A DNA stretch of 63,766 nt, filler included, from Octopus bimaculoides (taxonomy: Eukaryota): assembly GCF_001194135.2 (NCBI RefSeq). It is 6 parts of 6 records of this genome, joined end to end, with 100 filler letters (N's around TTAATTAATTAA, not from the genome) between each part and the next. Parts side by side here need not be neighbours in the genome. Positions count along the whole stretch, not along the records: positions 1 to 16,045 come from NC_068991.1; 5 more parts are not named here. One strand, written 5' to 3'. The translations under genes were made by a program, and so were the position numbers. The notes under the pieces are model-generated. The model saw only the letters and a list, made by a program, of their open reading frames with translations. It did not search any database and was not told the origin of the DNA. This document shows, piece after piece, positions 1-11,450 of the stretch (positions within the stretch are counted from its first letter, which is position 1; every line of letters starts with the position of its first letter).

Positions 1-679
1 CTATCGATTTTTTTTCTCCAACATCACGTTATCAGCTCGTGACCAATACACTGAATTCTCTAGGAGCGCAGGTCACCTAGTTGTAAACTGTTCTGGCGCG
101 GTCCCAGAAATTTTTCGAAGAGAGAGCACAAAGTCAGAAGGGAATTCAATACAGGGAGAAAAGGATGTAATAATATTATTTAGAAGGGTGTACTTCTTTT
201 CTTGAGTGGGGTACGTGCCCCTCAGCCCCCGATCCTCGGGTCCGCCCCTGCCGTTCCTATAGAGCGTGTCGGTGGAGAAGAGTAACAGCCTTTCACCACC
301 ACCACCACCACTACCAGCTCTGGTTCGAGTCACAGGCAGTCTTGTGCATACGATTATCCAGTATGTGCAACGATTCAGTTCACGTCCACATTATTTCGTC
401 AAATTGTTGGTTTGCTTTTTTGTGGAAGAACGAACAGCTCCCACGATTTCATAAAACTGAAGAGGTTGATATCCAACCTTAACGCTTACAGATGGATGTC
501 TTGCAGGGCAGATAAAAACGAAGATGGGAGTGATGGGGTAGGATCGGGTAATACAAATATTTGCAACAGAACTAAACTCTCCTGAAGACACCCAAAGACG
601 TAATGGCAGTGTTAAAAAAAAGAGGAGCATCTAACAGCCTAACTGACGATGCTTACAAGAGATAGCATACAACTGCTTA

Positions 680-888
680 CAAGTTTAGGCACAAGGCCAG
701 CAATTTTGGGGGTGGAATAGATTGATTACATCGACCCCAGTGTTCAACTGGTACATATATTATCGACTAGGAAATGATGAAAGGCAAAGTCGACCTCGGC
801 GGAATTTGAAGTCAGAACGTAAAGACGGACGAAATGTCGCTAAGCATTATACCCAGCGCGCTAACGATTCTGCTAGCTGGTCGCCTTA
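680..888 (-). mobile_element. tRNA-derived SINE, family A (head GGCGGCGAGCTGGCAGAATCGTTAGC, B-box GAGTTCAAATTCC)
   Basis: Reverse complement matches the many other family A copies in the window (A/B boxes, GGTCGACTTTGCCTTTCATCC body, GGCCTTGTGCC tail). May correspond to a described octopus tRNA-SINE family; not assignable without a search. Confidence 0.9.
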
Positions 889-1462
889 AGGTAGCATTCT
901 ATTTATTGAACGCATCCATGTACCAAATGGTGCTTGGTGTTAAACATCAGAGCGACATGTTATGCATATACTGCGCATTAATAGATAAAAGTGCTTGCAT
1001 ATAATCTCGTGTGCTGGTTCGTATATAGCATTTTTTTTTTTGGAGCGTGTGAGAAAAGTAGAGAAAGAGAGGAAGAGAATATGTGTTTGAATGTGCGTAT
1101 GTGCATGTTGACGGATGTGCGCATATCTGTACATCAATATGGTGCATATGCAGACAAAACGTGATGTGTTAGGGACTGAGGGATGAAAATACAATTTCAC
1201 ACCGTCTCTCTCCCAACTTATCTCCTTGTTTATATATATATTTCTGCGTGTGAGTGTTTGTTTATGCATTTATTCCGGGTTCCATCAACTTATCTGGACC
1301 ATCCTGTCTTCCTCTCAACACAAGAATGTCGTATAATTATTGTTGAGGTTAACCGAACCACAAACCACAAAAATGAGATAAACACGGACACATAAACACG
1401 CCCTAATATATGTATCTATCTATCTATATATATATACACACATACATGTATATATATACATG

Positions 1463-1499
<37 letters not shown>

Positions 1500-2099
1500 G
1501 CANNNNNNNNNNNNNNNNNNNNNNNNNNNNNNNNNNNNNNNNNNNNNNNNNNNNNNNNNNNNNNNNNNNNNNNNNNNNNNNNNNNNNNNNNNNNNNNNNN
1601 NNNNNNNNNNNNNNNNNNNNNNNNNNNNNNNNNNNNNNNNNNNNNNNNNNNNNNNNNNNNNNNNNNNNNNNNNNNNNNNNNNNNNNNNNNNNNNNNNNNN
1701 NNNNNNNNNNNNNNNNNNNNNNNNNNNNNNNNNNNNNNNNNNNNNNNNNNNNNNNNNNNNNNNNNNNNNNNNNNNNNNNNNNNNNNNNNNNNNNNNNNNN
1801 NNNNNNNNNNNNNNNNNNNNNNNNNNNNNNNNNNNNNNNNNNNNNNNNNNNNNNNNNNNNNNNNNNNNNNNNNNNNNNNNNNNNNNNNNNNNNNNNNNNN
1901 NNNNNNNNNNNNNNNNNNNNNNNNNNNNNNNNNNNNNNNNNNNNNNNNNNNNNNNNNNNNNNNNNNNNNNNNNNNNNNNNNNNNNNNNNNNNNNNNNNNN
2001 NNNNNNNNNNNNNNNNNNNNNNNNNNNNNNNNNNNNNNNNNNNNNNNNNNNNNNNNNNNNNNNNNNNATATATATATATATATACAAATATATAAATAC

Positions 2100-2365
2100 A
2101 TATGGTGATTGTCTACTCCTTATGCAGAGTTTGACCACCTCCTGCACCTACACCTTAGAACCATCATGGCATCTGATGTGACTTTTTAAACCAGACAATG
2201 TTTTGAAAAGACACCCACATAGATTGCACCTCCGATTTGGACCACCAAAAGCTGCAAAAGTTCTGCTCTTTGCGGATCTTAAAATGTCTTTTGAGGCTTC
2301 CGTTGGATTTGCAAACCTTCTGGCATACACTGCATTCAAAGGTGTGCACAGACACATAGGCAGAA
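2100..2365 (-). mobile_element. 3' end of RTE-clade LINE; frameshifted C-terminus with two C2H2-like fingers
   Basis: Minus frames give FECSVCQKVCKSNGSLKRHFK, then RCNLCGCLFKTLSGLKSHIRCH-stop, matching the terminal CxxC..GLxSHxR motif of RTE ORFs, followed by a short 3' UTR. Confidence 0.65.
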
Positions 2366-2439
2366 TAATTGGTGGCGGTGTTATGGGTTATTTCCCTTGG
2401 GTGTTTAAAAAAAAATAGTTATATGAGGTAGATATAAAG

Positions 2440-2625
2440 GTCTCTTCCAGGGGCCGTATTATCGATTTTTTTTCAACAATCTAAGTATGTCACGAGATTT
2501 CCAGACATGAGTTCTACACACGTGTCAAGTTTCATCAAAATAAATAAAACGATATAGGAGGAGTTAGCTAACAAAGCCACAAACAAACACACACTGATTT
2601 TCCACATATGTAGTATGTGAATTCT
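2440..2625 (+). mobile_element. Possible non-autonomous Helitron-like 3' end
   Basis: AAGTTTCATCAAAAT...GGAGGAGTTAGCTAACAAAGCCACAAACAAACACACACTGATTTT resembles Lep1-type Helitron ends; recognised from memory only. Confidence 0.35.
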
Positions 2626-2649
2626 CCCTATATATATATATATATATTC

Positions 2650-2696
<47 letters not shown>

Positions 2697-2856
2697 TACA
2701 CATATATATGTACATACATACATACAAACACAGACACACATATGCATACAAACACACATGTATATATATACGTACATGTACACGTACGTACGCATGTGCC
2801 TGTGTCTACATGCACATAAATATATACAAGTCATACACAGATAGATACATTCTAGC

Positions 2857-2902
<46 letters not shown>

Positions 2903-2999
2903 NNNNNNNNNNNNNNNNNNNNNNNNNNNNNNNNNNNNNNNNNNNNNNNNNNNNNNNNNNNNNNNNNNNNNNNNNNNNNNNNNNNNNNNNNNNNNNNNN

Positions 3000-3046
<47 letters not shown>

Positions 3047-3331
3047 GGCGTGTGTATAATAGAAGGAACTACAAACTGGATAAAAGAACTAACTGAATAA
3101 TATTAGATGTTATTTTATTATTTTACTTCGTACATTTGGCTGGTTATAGCCATGCTATAACAACCGCCTTGAAGAATGTGTCAGCTTTCAGATGGCGAAA
3201 CTCAAAACAGAGTAAATAAAATATATTTCGATATTTCTTGCCAGGAAACCAAGTATCAAAGGAACCTAACATCTTTGAATGTTTGACTCATCCATCCGTA
3301 CGTACATCCATCCATCCATACATACATACAT

Positions 3332-3586
3332 ACTTTCCAAAAGTTTAGCACATAACTACATATGCATACGCCTAGACATGAAAATATATATACATAAAAA
3401 CGCATCCATAAAACAAACATACAAATCTGCGCATACACTAACACCAAATACTGCACACACACACACACATATGCACAAATACCTAGATGATGTTGATAAA
3501 AGTTCCAATGAAGGAGCCTTGAATCTATGTTAGAGTCCGGCTCTTTCTCTATTGAGAAGAAATACAGAAATGAAACTGATTGATAA
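3332..3586 (+). mobile_element. 5'-truncated retroelement 3' UTR embedded in (CATA)n
   Basis: Aligns with 48330-48563 (CTTTCCARAAGTTTA, AAACATACAAATCTGC, TTCCAATGAAGRAGC...CGGCTCTTTCTCTATTG); (CATA)n on both sides. Confidence 0.7.
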
Positions 3587-4713
3587 CATACATACATACA
3601 TATTTAAACAAAGCCCGAGAAATACTAGTTTTCTCGAAAATTGGGCGAAAGAGACTAACACGCATTCTCCAAATCCAATCTATTAGTGGCAGTGAGAATT
3701 TGTTACACATTCCAAAGATTCTCCATCTGAGATTTTTTTTTAGGTAAGCAGATGAATAGATATCTAGTGGTGCGCCTCAACAGCTCAACCACATATTTGC
3801 AAACACAGGGAACTCTCTTAGCTCGAAAAGTCTTATTGTTTTGCTAGCGACTGGCTTGAACTCTCTTCAGAAAAACTCAAATAAGTGGATAAAACAACAA
3901 GAACGATCTCAGCAGGGTAAGAATCAACACAAGATACCTAAAAATTTGTCATTATTAGCTCTGGCTAGTTCTAGAGGACTTTTATGTTATAAATCGCAAT
4001 TTTTGAACTACAAAAATATCGACTGTTTTGAAAACGTATTTGGTTTTTCTTTTCTACATTTCCCATCTATATCATGCACATTCGATTTTGATACTATAGT
4101 TTCAAAAAACTTAAATGTTTATTATTGCAATTGAATAGAAAAAGATAAATATGCTTTTTGGAACTTTTCAAAAATTTAAAAATTTCCAGAATATGTGAAC
4201 ATATGAAGAAAATTTAAATACAATATATTATCTTAACTCCTAAGACACCTGGCAAAGCCCAAAAATATGGATAAAAAAATTTAGCAATTAATGGGNNNNN
4301 NNNNNNNNNNNNNNNNNNNNNNNNNNNNNNNNNNNNNNNNNNNNNNNNNNNNNNNNNNNNNNNNNNNNNNNNNNNNNNNNNNNNNNNNNNNNNNNNNNNN
4401 NNNNNNNNNNNNNNNNNNNNNNNNNNNNNNNNNNNNNNNNNNNNNNNNNNNNNNNNNNNNNNNNNNNNNNNNNNNNNNNNNNNNNNNNNNNNNNNNNNNN
4501 NNNNNNNNNNNNNNNNNNNNNNNNNNNNNNNNNNNNNNNNNNNNNNNNNNNNNNNNNNNNNNNNNNNNNNNNNNNNNNNNNNNNNNNNNNNNNNNNNNNN
4601 NNTATGTATATATTAAGATTATCTTGGTTGAAAAACTTCGATAATGTATGGGATATTTATTATACCCGGTTAAGGGGTAGAAATTCCATGTCAAAGTGAT
4701 GTATTTTGAGTTG

Positions 4714-4800
4714 ATATAAAGAATAATAATAAATGAACCAAAACGCATATAATCTTATTGATTACATGCGTTTTGCTCCATTTATTATTATTCTTTATAT
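4714..4800. repeat. 87-nt near-perfect palindrome (41-bp stem, TTATT loop)
   Basis: 4714-4754 is the reverse complement of 4760-4800 with 3 mismatches. Confidence 0.9.
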
Positions 4801-4809
4801 ATATATATA

Positions 4810-4895
4810 TATATAGTCGATTCACTAAAACTTCTTCAACGCGGTGCCCCAGTATGGCCGAACTCTAATGATTGAAACAAGTAAAAGACGAAAGG
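4810..4895 (+). mobile_element. SINE family B, 3' tail fragment
   Basis: GCGGTGCCCCAGTATGGCCG...TGAAACAAGTAAAAGA matches the family B tail. Confidence 0.8.
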
Positions 4896-5584
4896 TGTGT
4901 ATGTATACACACACACACACACACGTGTGTGTGCTTATGTTAATATGTATTCACTTGTTTCATACACGCGACATAATACATATATATGTATTTATACACA
5001 CATACATGTGACGAAGTGACGAATACACAGCCTGTACAATCGTTACATTCTTACGTGCGCAGCCCCCCACACACATACATACACACAGTGCGTGTGATGC
5101 AATGACGTGTGTAGCCAACAAGATTCAAAAATCAACGCTGAACCCATTTTTAGCTTTTGCTATTCAGTAGACGAGGGGAACATAGCGGAAAGTAGCGGTT
5201 GATGTAAGAAGTGGGTAATGGATGCTATTTCATAATAATATGACACATACGTCACATATATTGTAGCAGACGTGTAAATGAGTAGGAGGAAGGGGAGGGG
5301 AAAAGTAGAATTGTTAGTGTGAGTAGCTTCATGCTTAAAGTGGGGGGTGCAGTGATTCTTTTCGTTGGCGGATTTTTCTTTTTTTTTGTTGTCATTGTTT
5401 TTGTTCTGACCGCAACTGACCGCATGGTATGTTTGGTAGTCGCTTGCAGGACTTTGGACTTGACTAGTAATCCGTTGCTGTTGTCTTATGCAGTGCTGAG
5501 AGACCTGCAATCACACACCGATATACGCAAGCCCATTGTCCAGTTTATTTATGTATTTATTTGTCATGATTGAACTAAGAGAAA

Positions 5585-5872
5585 TAATAGGCGTGGGCGT
5601 GGTTGTGTGGTTAGAAGTTTGCGACCCAACCACATGGGTCCGGATTCTTCCCCCTAGAGCCTTGGGTCGATCAAAGAACGAGACAGAAAATGAAAGAAGT
5701 TCGTTGTGTGTGTGTGTGTGTGTGTGTGTAAGTTTAGGCGGTGCTCCAGCATGACCGCAGTCAAATGACAGAAAAGTAAAAGAATAAAATAATACACACA
5801 CACGTGTGCGTGTCTTGGTGTCTGTCCACCATCACCGCTTGCCAACGGCGATGGTGTGTTAACGTCCCCGTA
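5585..5872 (+). mobile_element. SINE family B, rearranged or partial copies
   Basis: Head GGCGTGGTTGTGTGGTTAGAAG, (TG)n core, tail GGCGGTGCTCCAGCATGACCGCAGTCAAATGAC, then a second internal fragment running into the gap. Confidence 0.8.
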
Positions 5873-6892
5873 NNNNNNNNNNNNNNNNNNNNNNNNNNNN
5901 NNNNNNNNNNNNNNNNNNNNNNNNNNNNNNNNNNNNNNNNNNNNNNNNNNNNNNNNNNNNNNNNNNNNNNNNNNNNNNNNNNNNNNNNNNNNNNNNNNNN
6001 NNNNNNNNNNNNNNNNNNNNNNNNNNNNNNNNNNNNNNNNNNNNNNNNNNNNNNNNNNNNNNNNNNNNNNNNNNNNNNNNNNNNNNNNNNNNNNNNNNNN
6101 NNNNNNNNNNNNNNNNNNNNNNNNNNNNNNNNNNNNNNNNNNNNNNNNNNNNNNNNNNNNNNNNNNNNNNNNNNNNNNNNNNNNNNNNNNNNNNNNNNNN
6201 NNNNNNNNNNNNNNNNNNNNNNNNNNNNNNNNNNNNNNNNNNNNNNNNNNNNNNNNNNNNNNNNNNNNNNNNNNNNNNNNNNNNNNNNNNNNNNNNNNNN
6301 NNNNNNNNNNNNNNNNNNNNNNNNNNNNNNNNNNNNNNNNNNNNNNNNNNNNNNNNNNNNNNNNNNNNNNNNNNNNNNNNNNNNNNNNNNNNNNNNNNNN
6401 NNNNNNNNNNNNNNNNNNNNNNNNNNNNNNNNNNNNNNNNNNNNNNNNNNNNNNNNNNNNNNNNNNNNNNNNNNNNNNNNNNNNNNNNNNNNNNNNNNNN
6501 NNNNNNNNNNNNNNNNNNNNNNNNNNNNNNNNNNNNNNNNNNNNNNNNNNNNNNNNNNNNNNNNNNNNNNNNNNNNNNNNNNNNNNNNNNNNNNNNNNNN
6601 NNNNNNNNNNNNNNNNNNNNNNNNNNNNNNNNNNNNNNNNNNNNNNNNNNNNNNNNNNNNNNNNNNNNNNNNNNNNNNNNNNNNNNNNNNNNNNNNNNNN
6701 NNNNNNNNNNNNNNNNNNNNNNNNNNNNNNNNNNNNNNNNNNNNNNNNNNNNNNNNNNNNNNNNNNNNNNNNNNNNNNNNNNNACTAGAATTTATACAAA
6801 ACGGAGTAGAATATATTTATGGCCAAGATAATTTGCATAATTTAAACGAAAATGATAAACTAAAAGAAATAACTCAAAGTAGCCAATAGCGT

Positions 6893-7341
6893 CGGGGCCG
6901 GATTAAAACCCATCGAGACCCGAAGCACTTAAAAAAATTTGGTGCTCCGATATATTTGTAATTCAAAATATAAACAATATTAAGCCATAAAATAAATTTC
7001 CATTTTTTAAAATGAAACAAAAACAAACAGTAAGATAGAGAATAATGTTTATTTTTGTATAGTTCCACTTTATTTATATGTGAAACGTTTTCTCTTGCCT
7101 TTTATTGTTTAAATGCAAAATCTTTGATCAGATCCTCGCTATTACACTATGAACACTTCGATATTAGATTTCTGATCATATAAAACCACTTTGAATATTA
7201 TTTTAGCAAGTTTAACGTGATTTCTTTTGTGCTGTAAACCATTAACAATTTTTGTGGTGCAACCCCCCCACCCCGACACACACGCACTTCGTTTGTTGCC
7301 CTGAGCATGTGCTCATTTTGCTTAATGGTAATTCAGCGCTG
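6893..7341 (-). mobile_element. hAT-type non-autonomous element (MITE) retaining the transposase C-terminus
   Basis: Imperfect TIRs CGGGGCCGGATTA / rc CAGCGCTGAATTA; degenerate 8-bp TSD AATAGCGT / AATGACAT; minus strand encodes EDLIKDFAxK..KARK, resembling the end of the hAT dimerisation domain. Confidence 0.6.
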
Positions 7342-7399
7342 AATGACATGTATTTGAACAACCTGGACAAATATTGGTATATCAAATATCATACAATAT

Positions 7400-7775
7400 T
7401 CAATTCTTTTACTTGTTTCAGTCATTTGACTGCGGCCATGCTGGAGCACCGCCTTTAGTCGAGCAAATCGACCCCAGGACTTATTCTTTCTAAGCCTAGT
7501 ACTTATTCTATCGCTCTCTTTTTGCTGAACCGCTAGGTTACGGGGACGTAAACATACCAGCATCGGTTGTCAAGCGATGGTGGGGGGACAAACACAAACA
7601 CACATACATATACGACGGGCTTCTTTCAGTTTCCGTCTACCAAATCCACTCACAAAGCTTTGGTCGGCCCGAGGCTATAGTAGAAGACACTTACCCAAAG
7701 TGCCACGCAGTGGGACTGAACCCGGAACCATGCGGTTCGTAAGCAAGCTACTTACCACACAGCCACTCCTGACTT
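7400..7775 (-). mobile_element. Near full-length tRNA-derived SINE, family B
   Basis: rc: GGAGTGGCTGTGTGGTAAG (A-box), GGTTCAGTCCC (B-box), body CTATAGCCTCGGGCCGACCAAAGC, tail GGCGGTGCTCCAGCATGGCCGCAGTCAAATGACTGAAACAAGTAAAAGA. Confidence 0.92.
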
Positions 7776-7974
7776 ATTAGAATTATATCCGCCTATTGAA
7801 GACTTATATTCACCAAATAGCAATTAAGACCAACTCCATCGGAAAAAGGGCGAATAGAATAAAGAATTTTTTAAAAGTTGGCATGCCATTAAAGAAAAAG
7901 ACAGGCTTTTTATCCGCAAGTAAGAAAACAGTCATGGACAGAGACACCTGTGACCATTGCTGGTCCTCAGTAAC

Positions 7975-8222
7975 TATTGGGTTGGTGCATAATTATTGTG
8001 GCTTTTTTCAACAAATTTTATTCAACAAAAACAATATTTAACAAAAACATCTTTAAATGGCGGTCTGACTGTCTGCCAGGCAAATGGGAAACAGTAATTG
8101 AAGTAGATGGTGAGTATGCTCCGGAATAATCATTTAAAGATGTTTTTGTTACATGTCGTTATTGTTTTTGTTGAATAAAATTTGTTGAAAAAAAGCTGCA
8201 ATAATTATGCACCAACCGAATA
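7975..8222 (+). mobile_element. Mariner-derived MITE with about 85-bp terminal inverted repeats
   Basis: TA-flanked; TATTGGGTTGGTGCATAATTATTG...CATCTTTAAATG is mirrored at the right end; the centre encodes LPGKWETVIEVDGEYAPE-stop, a mariner transposase C-terminus. TIR resembles Hsmar1/MADE1. Confidence 0.88.
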
Positions 8223-8239
8223 AAACCTGTTTTCTGTTG

Positions 8240-8395
8240 TATGCCCAATGTAACTTAGCGGTTTGTCAAAGGAAACCAATAGAATAACAGGTTTAAAAAA
8301 TAAATACTAAGGTCGATTTGTTTCACTAAACCCTTGAAGTTGTTATCCCAGCATGGTCGCAGTCCAATGACTGAAACAAGTAAAAGATAAAAGCT
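8240..8395 (+). mobile_element. SINE family B, 3' half
   Basis: GTAACTTAGCGG...CCAGCATGGTCGCAGTCCAATGACTGAAACAAGTAAAAGA. Confidence 0.8.
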
Positions 8396-8903
8396 ATTAA
8401 CAAATTAAGGTGAGATTTGAAGGAAATCTGGACTGTTATTTCTACCAAAACGAGCGACACGTCGAGGAAGTGTGGGGGAAATAACGCTCCTCGTCCTTTT
8501 CTAGTTATAAAGAAGTAATGATGAGGAGGAGACGAATGTAGCCGAGAGTTTACCAGGGAGCTTCTCCCGTCAAGTGTGTAAAACGACATATGAGAGATAA
8601 AGAGAGATTGAGATTGAGGTCAAACGCAATTTGATAGCATTTAACGACGGAACAACTCGAAAAGCAGAGAAATGTGTATATACTTGCATACACACAGGCA
8701 AACACACACACACACACACACAAATGCAAAGCTGCTCGTTAGTGTAGGAAGGCCGAGAAAAGGTCATGAAAGCCATGCCCTTCTCGGACGCAGAAAAGCA
8801 GCCTGTGTCCGCGCACGCATGTGTGTATGTGTATGTGTATATATATATATATACACATACACACATATACACGAACACATTTATATTCTACATATAATAT
8901 ACA

Positions 8904-8967
<64 letters not shown>

Positions 8968-9199
8968 GTGTGTGTGGAAGAGAGAATTGTATGTGTATGT
9001 GTGTGTATATATATGTGTGTGTATGCATATTCTATATATATATAGATGAGTGTATGCGTGTATGTATGTATGTATGTATACATGTGGGGGGAGGGAGTGA
9101 GTGTATACACACAGAGAGGAGATGCATGTAGTATATTTCTATTGACGTATACTACATTTAATAGTATACGTCTAATGACGTAAAAAATTTCCATCGTTG

Positions 9200-9263
<64 letters not shown>

Positions 9264-9439
9264 CCTCATTATTCTCAACTTCAAACTCTACCGCCTTGAT
9301 TTGCCACCCGGGATCAAACAATCGCTCACACCCACTTTCTTCCTTTCTCTCTGGTTGTTCTTCATAAACATCCTTGTACCATCTCACGGCGCTTGTCTTC
9401 CATTGGACTCTCTATTCTAGTTGCATTGTCTTTTCTTTT

Positions 9440-10350
9440 TTTCTCTTAGTCGCAGCCTCAGCGACAATCTCCTACGCAGTTTCCGTCTCCGTTTTTAACT
9501 CCACCAACTTCGTTTCACAACAGGGTTGGTTTCAGCTCATTTTCATTCACCCTTCCCGTTTACCCATGCGCGTCACCATCCGTTGCTCCTGTTCCACGCG
9601 ACCTACACTTCACTATCCTGTCTGGTGCCCATTCCAAAGTGCTTTTCATCCATTGTTCGGTTTCCTCTCATACAGCAAAGCTCAGCCCACAAGTTCCACT
9701 AAGTCTTTCACCAATTTCATTACACCCCACCCGCTTATAGTACCTCCACGTGCTATTGTTACCCTACTCTCTGATCTATCACCTTCCGACGCTGAACGTT
9801 CGATCCTTGGTAGGAAGAGCCTCCGCCTCACACTCCTCAGAGCTTCTGTTAACCAATTCCAGATCAATATCGAACTGTTCATGCAACTGACTCACTGAGT
9901 CCAACGGCACCAGCCGCGTGGCTACAGTATATGCTGCCCGGACTAGCCTTTAAGTTTCCTGTACATCACCCCTTGCCTTCTACACACGTTTATACAACAG
10001 ATATTGAAAGTTTCGCACCGGCGCCATTTCCAACACATTCCTAGCTACGCTACTGAGCGACACTGATTGTTTCATCGACTTCGCCCGACGACTATTCCAC
10101 TGGAATGTCGGCTCAGGACATTTCAAGGCCTTGGATCTGTGCTTTGTGCCACTATGCTGTGGAAGAGCCAGGACGCACTAACATCTCCAGGGCTAAACTC
10201 TCCGTAATCCGTTGCCAACCTGGTCGACGAATGGAGCAGACGCGACATGGGCATCGACGACTCCTTCACATACATTTCTATTGTAAGTTGTCTTCTAGCC
10301 ATACACCTCGCAACCATCGTCATACGAAATTCAATTATATTTACGGTGAC
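9440..10350 (+). mobile_element. Decayed Penelope-like element, ORF N-terminal region
   Basis: Plus frame GWFQLIFIHPS..MRVTIR and IVTLLSDLSPSDAERSILGR..LLRASVNQFQ resemble the pre-RT block of Neptune/Penelope ORFs (VTIPxDLPLSxAERSVLSKGL); recalled similarity only. Confidence 0.5.
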
Positions 10351-10463
10351 CTGTTAGATAGCGCAACCAGCCATACGGCGACGATAAGAATATCATAAGG
10401 GGGACCTGCTTCTCGAGTCAGTTCGCAGCGTCTACCTTCCTCTCTGTGGCTTAAGAGAAGATA

Positions 10464-10693
10464 AGGCAGCGAGCTAGCAGAAACGTTAGCACGCCGGGCG
10501 AAATGCTTAGCGATATTTCGTCTGCCGCTACGTTCTGAGTTCAAATTCCGCCGAGGTCGACTTTGCCTCTCATCCTTTCGAGGTCGATTAAATAAGTACC
10601 AGTTACGCACTGGGGTCGATATAATCGACTTAATCCGTTTGTCTGTCCTTGTTTGTTCCCCCTGTGTGTAGCCCCTTGTGGGCAGTAAAGAAA
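10464..10693 (+). mobile_element. Full-length family A SINE with a variant tail and a perfect 12-bp TSD
   Basis: TAAGAGAAGATA at 10452-10463 and 10694-10705; A/B boxes intact; tail GTAGCCCCTTGTGGGCAGTAAAGAAA. Confidence 0.93.
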
Positions 10694-11240
10694 TAAGAGA
10701 AGATAGCCAGGTCGAAATGCATGCATACCACAGTCTGGTTAGGAGACGTTGTGAGCTGACTCGGTTTCTTCACAACGAGAAATCTTCTCCATGACAAAAT
10801 ACAGTGAATGGTTTTCTTACAGGTTCGAATATGCCTTAAACATATTTGAAACGTTAACACGGTTGTAACTAAACCTATTATCCCCAACGCAGAATTCTTT
10901 AGCCTCTGACTTAGATGCTCAATAAAAACACATAGGATTTTCACTGTATACAGACCAGTCACCCACGACCCAGCGTTAAAGCTATTCGACCGTCACACCT
11001 ATATTATTGAATCGCCTTCCTTTTCTCCTAATCTCTGAACCATTTCACCTCCTCACCTCTCCAGTACACCATCCCACAGACTTTCTGTCTCCTCCAACCA
11101 AACCCAACCGCTTTCTACATCTTTCCTGAATAACCTTTTGCTTCCTCCAGGACAAACCGCAATTTGGAAGACCCCGTGGCTTAGTTCCTTCATCTCTCGC
11201 CACACCCAGCTTGGATTCTTTGCCTAGGCTCGCCCTCGCT

Positions 11241-11274
<34 letters not shown>

Positions 11275-11450
11275 TCCTTTTGTCGTTCCCTTACATTGAC
11301 CAAGTTCATCTATCCATGCAACAGACCGTTTTCTCTCTGTGCATTATGGCATAAAATCTTCTCTCGGTGACTCACTGTATATTGTTGACATATGTCTGAC
11401 TAATTTATGTTTATGAGAACTCTTGTTGGACGTCTGGTGCAGCTATACAT

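Noticed and set aside
190-252. Harbinger-like MITE end (rc CAGGGGCGGACCCGAGG) and Helitron-like start at 3603-3650
   Set aside because: Single ends without a partner TIR or TSD in the window.
1410-2181. Long ORFs of 200-360 aa here and at 5804, 13033, 16339, 17968, 21046, 32409, 37985 and 57689
   Set aside because: They are open only because they run through N gaps and (TA)n/(CA)n repeats.
2148-2357. Host C2H2 zinc-finger gene
   Set aside because: Frameshifted, no TGEKP linkers, and it ends like an RTE ORF.
7700-7775. tRNA genes at SINE heads (families A, B, C)
   Set aside because: A/B boxes are present, but no complete cloverleaf; each continues into a SINE body.
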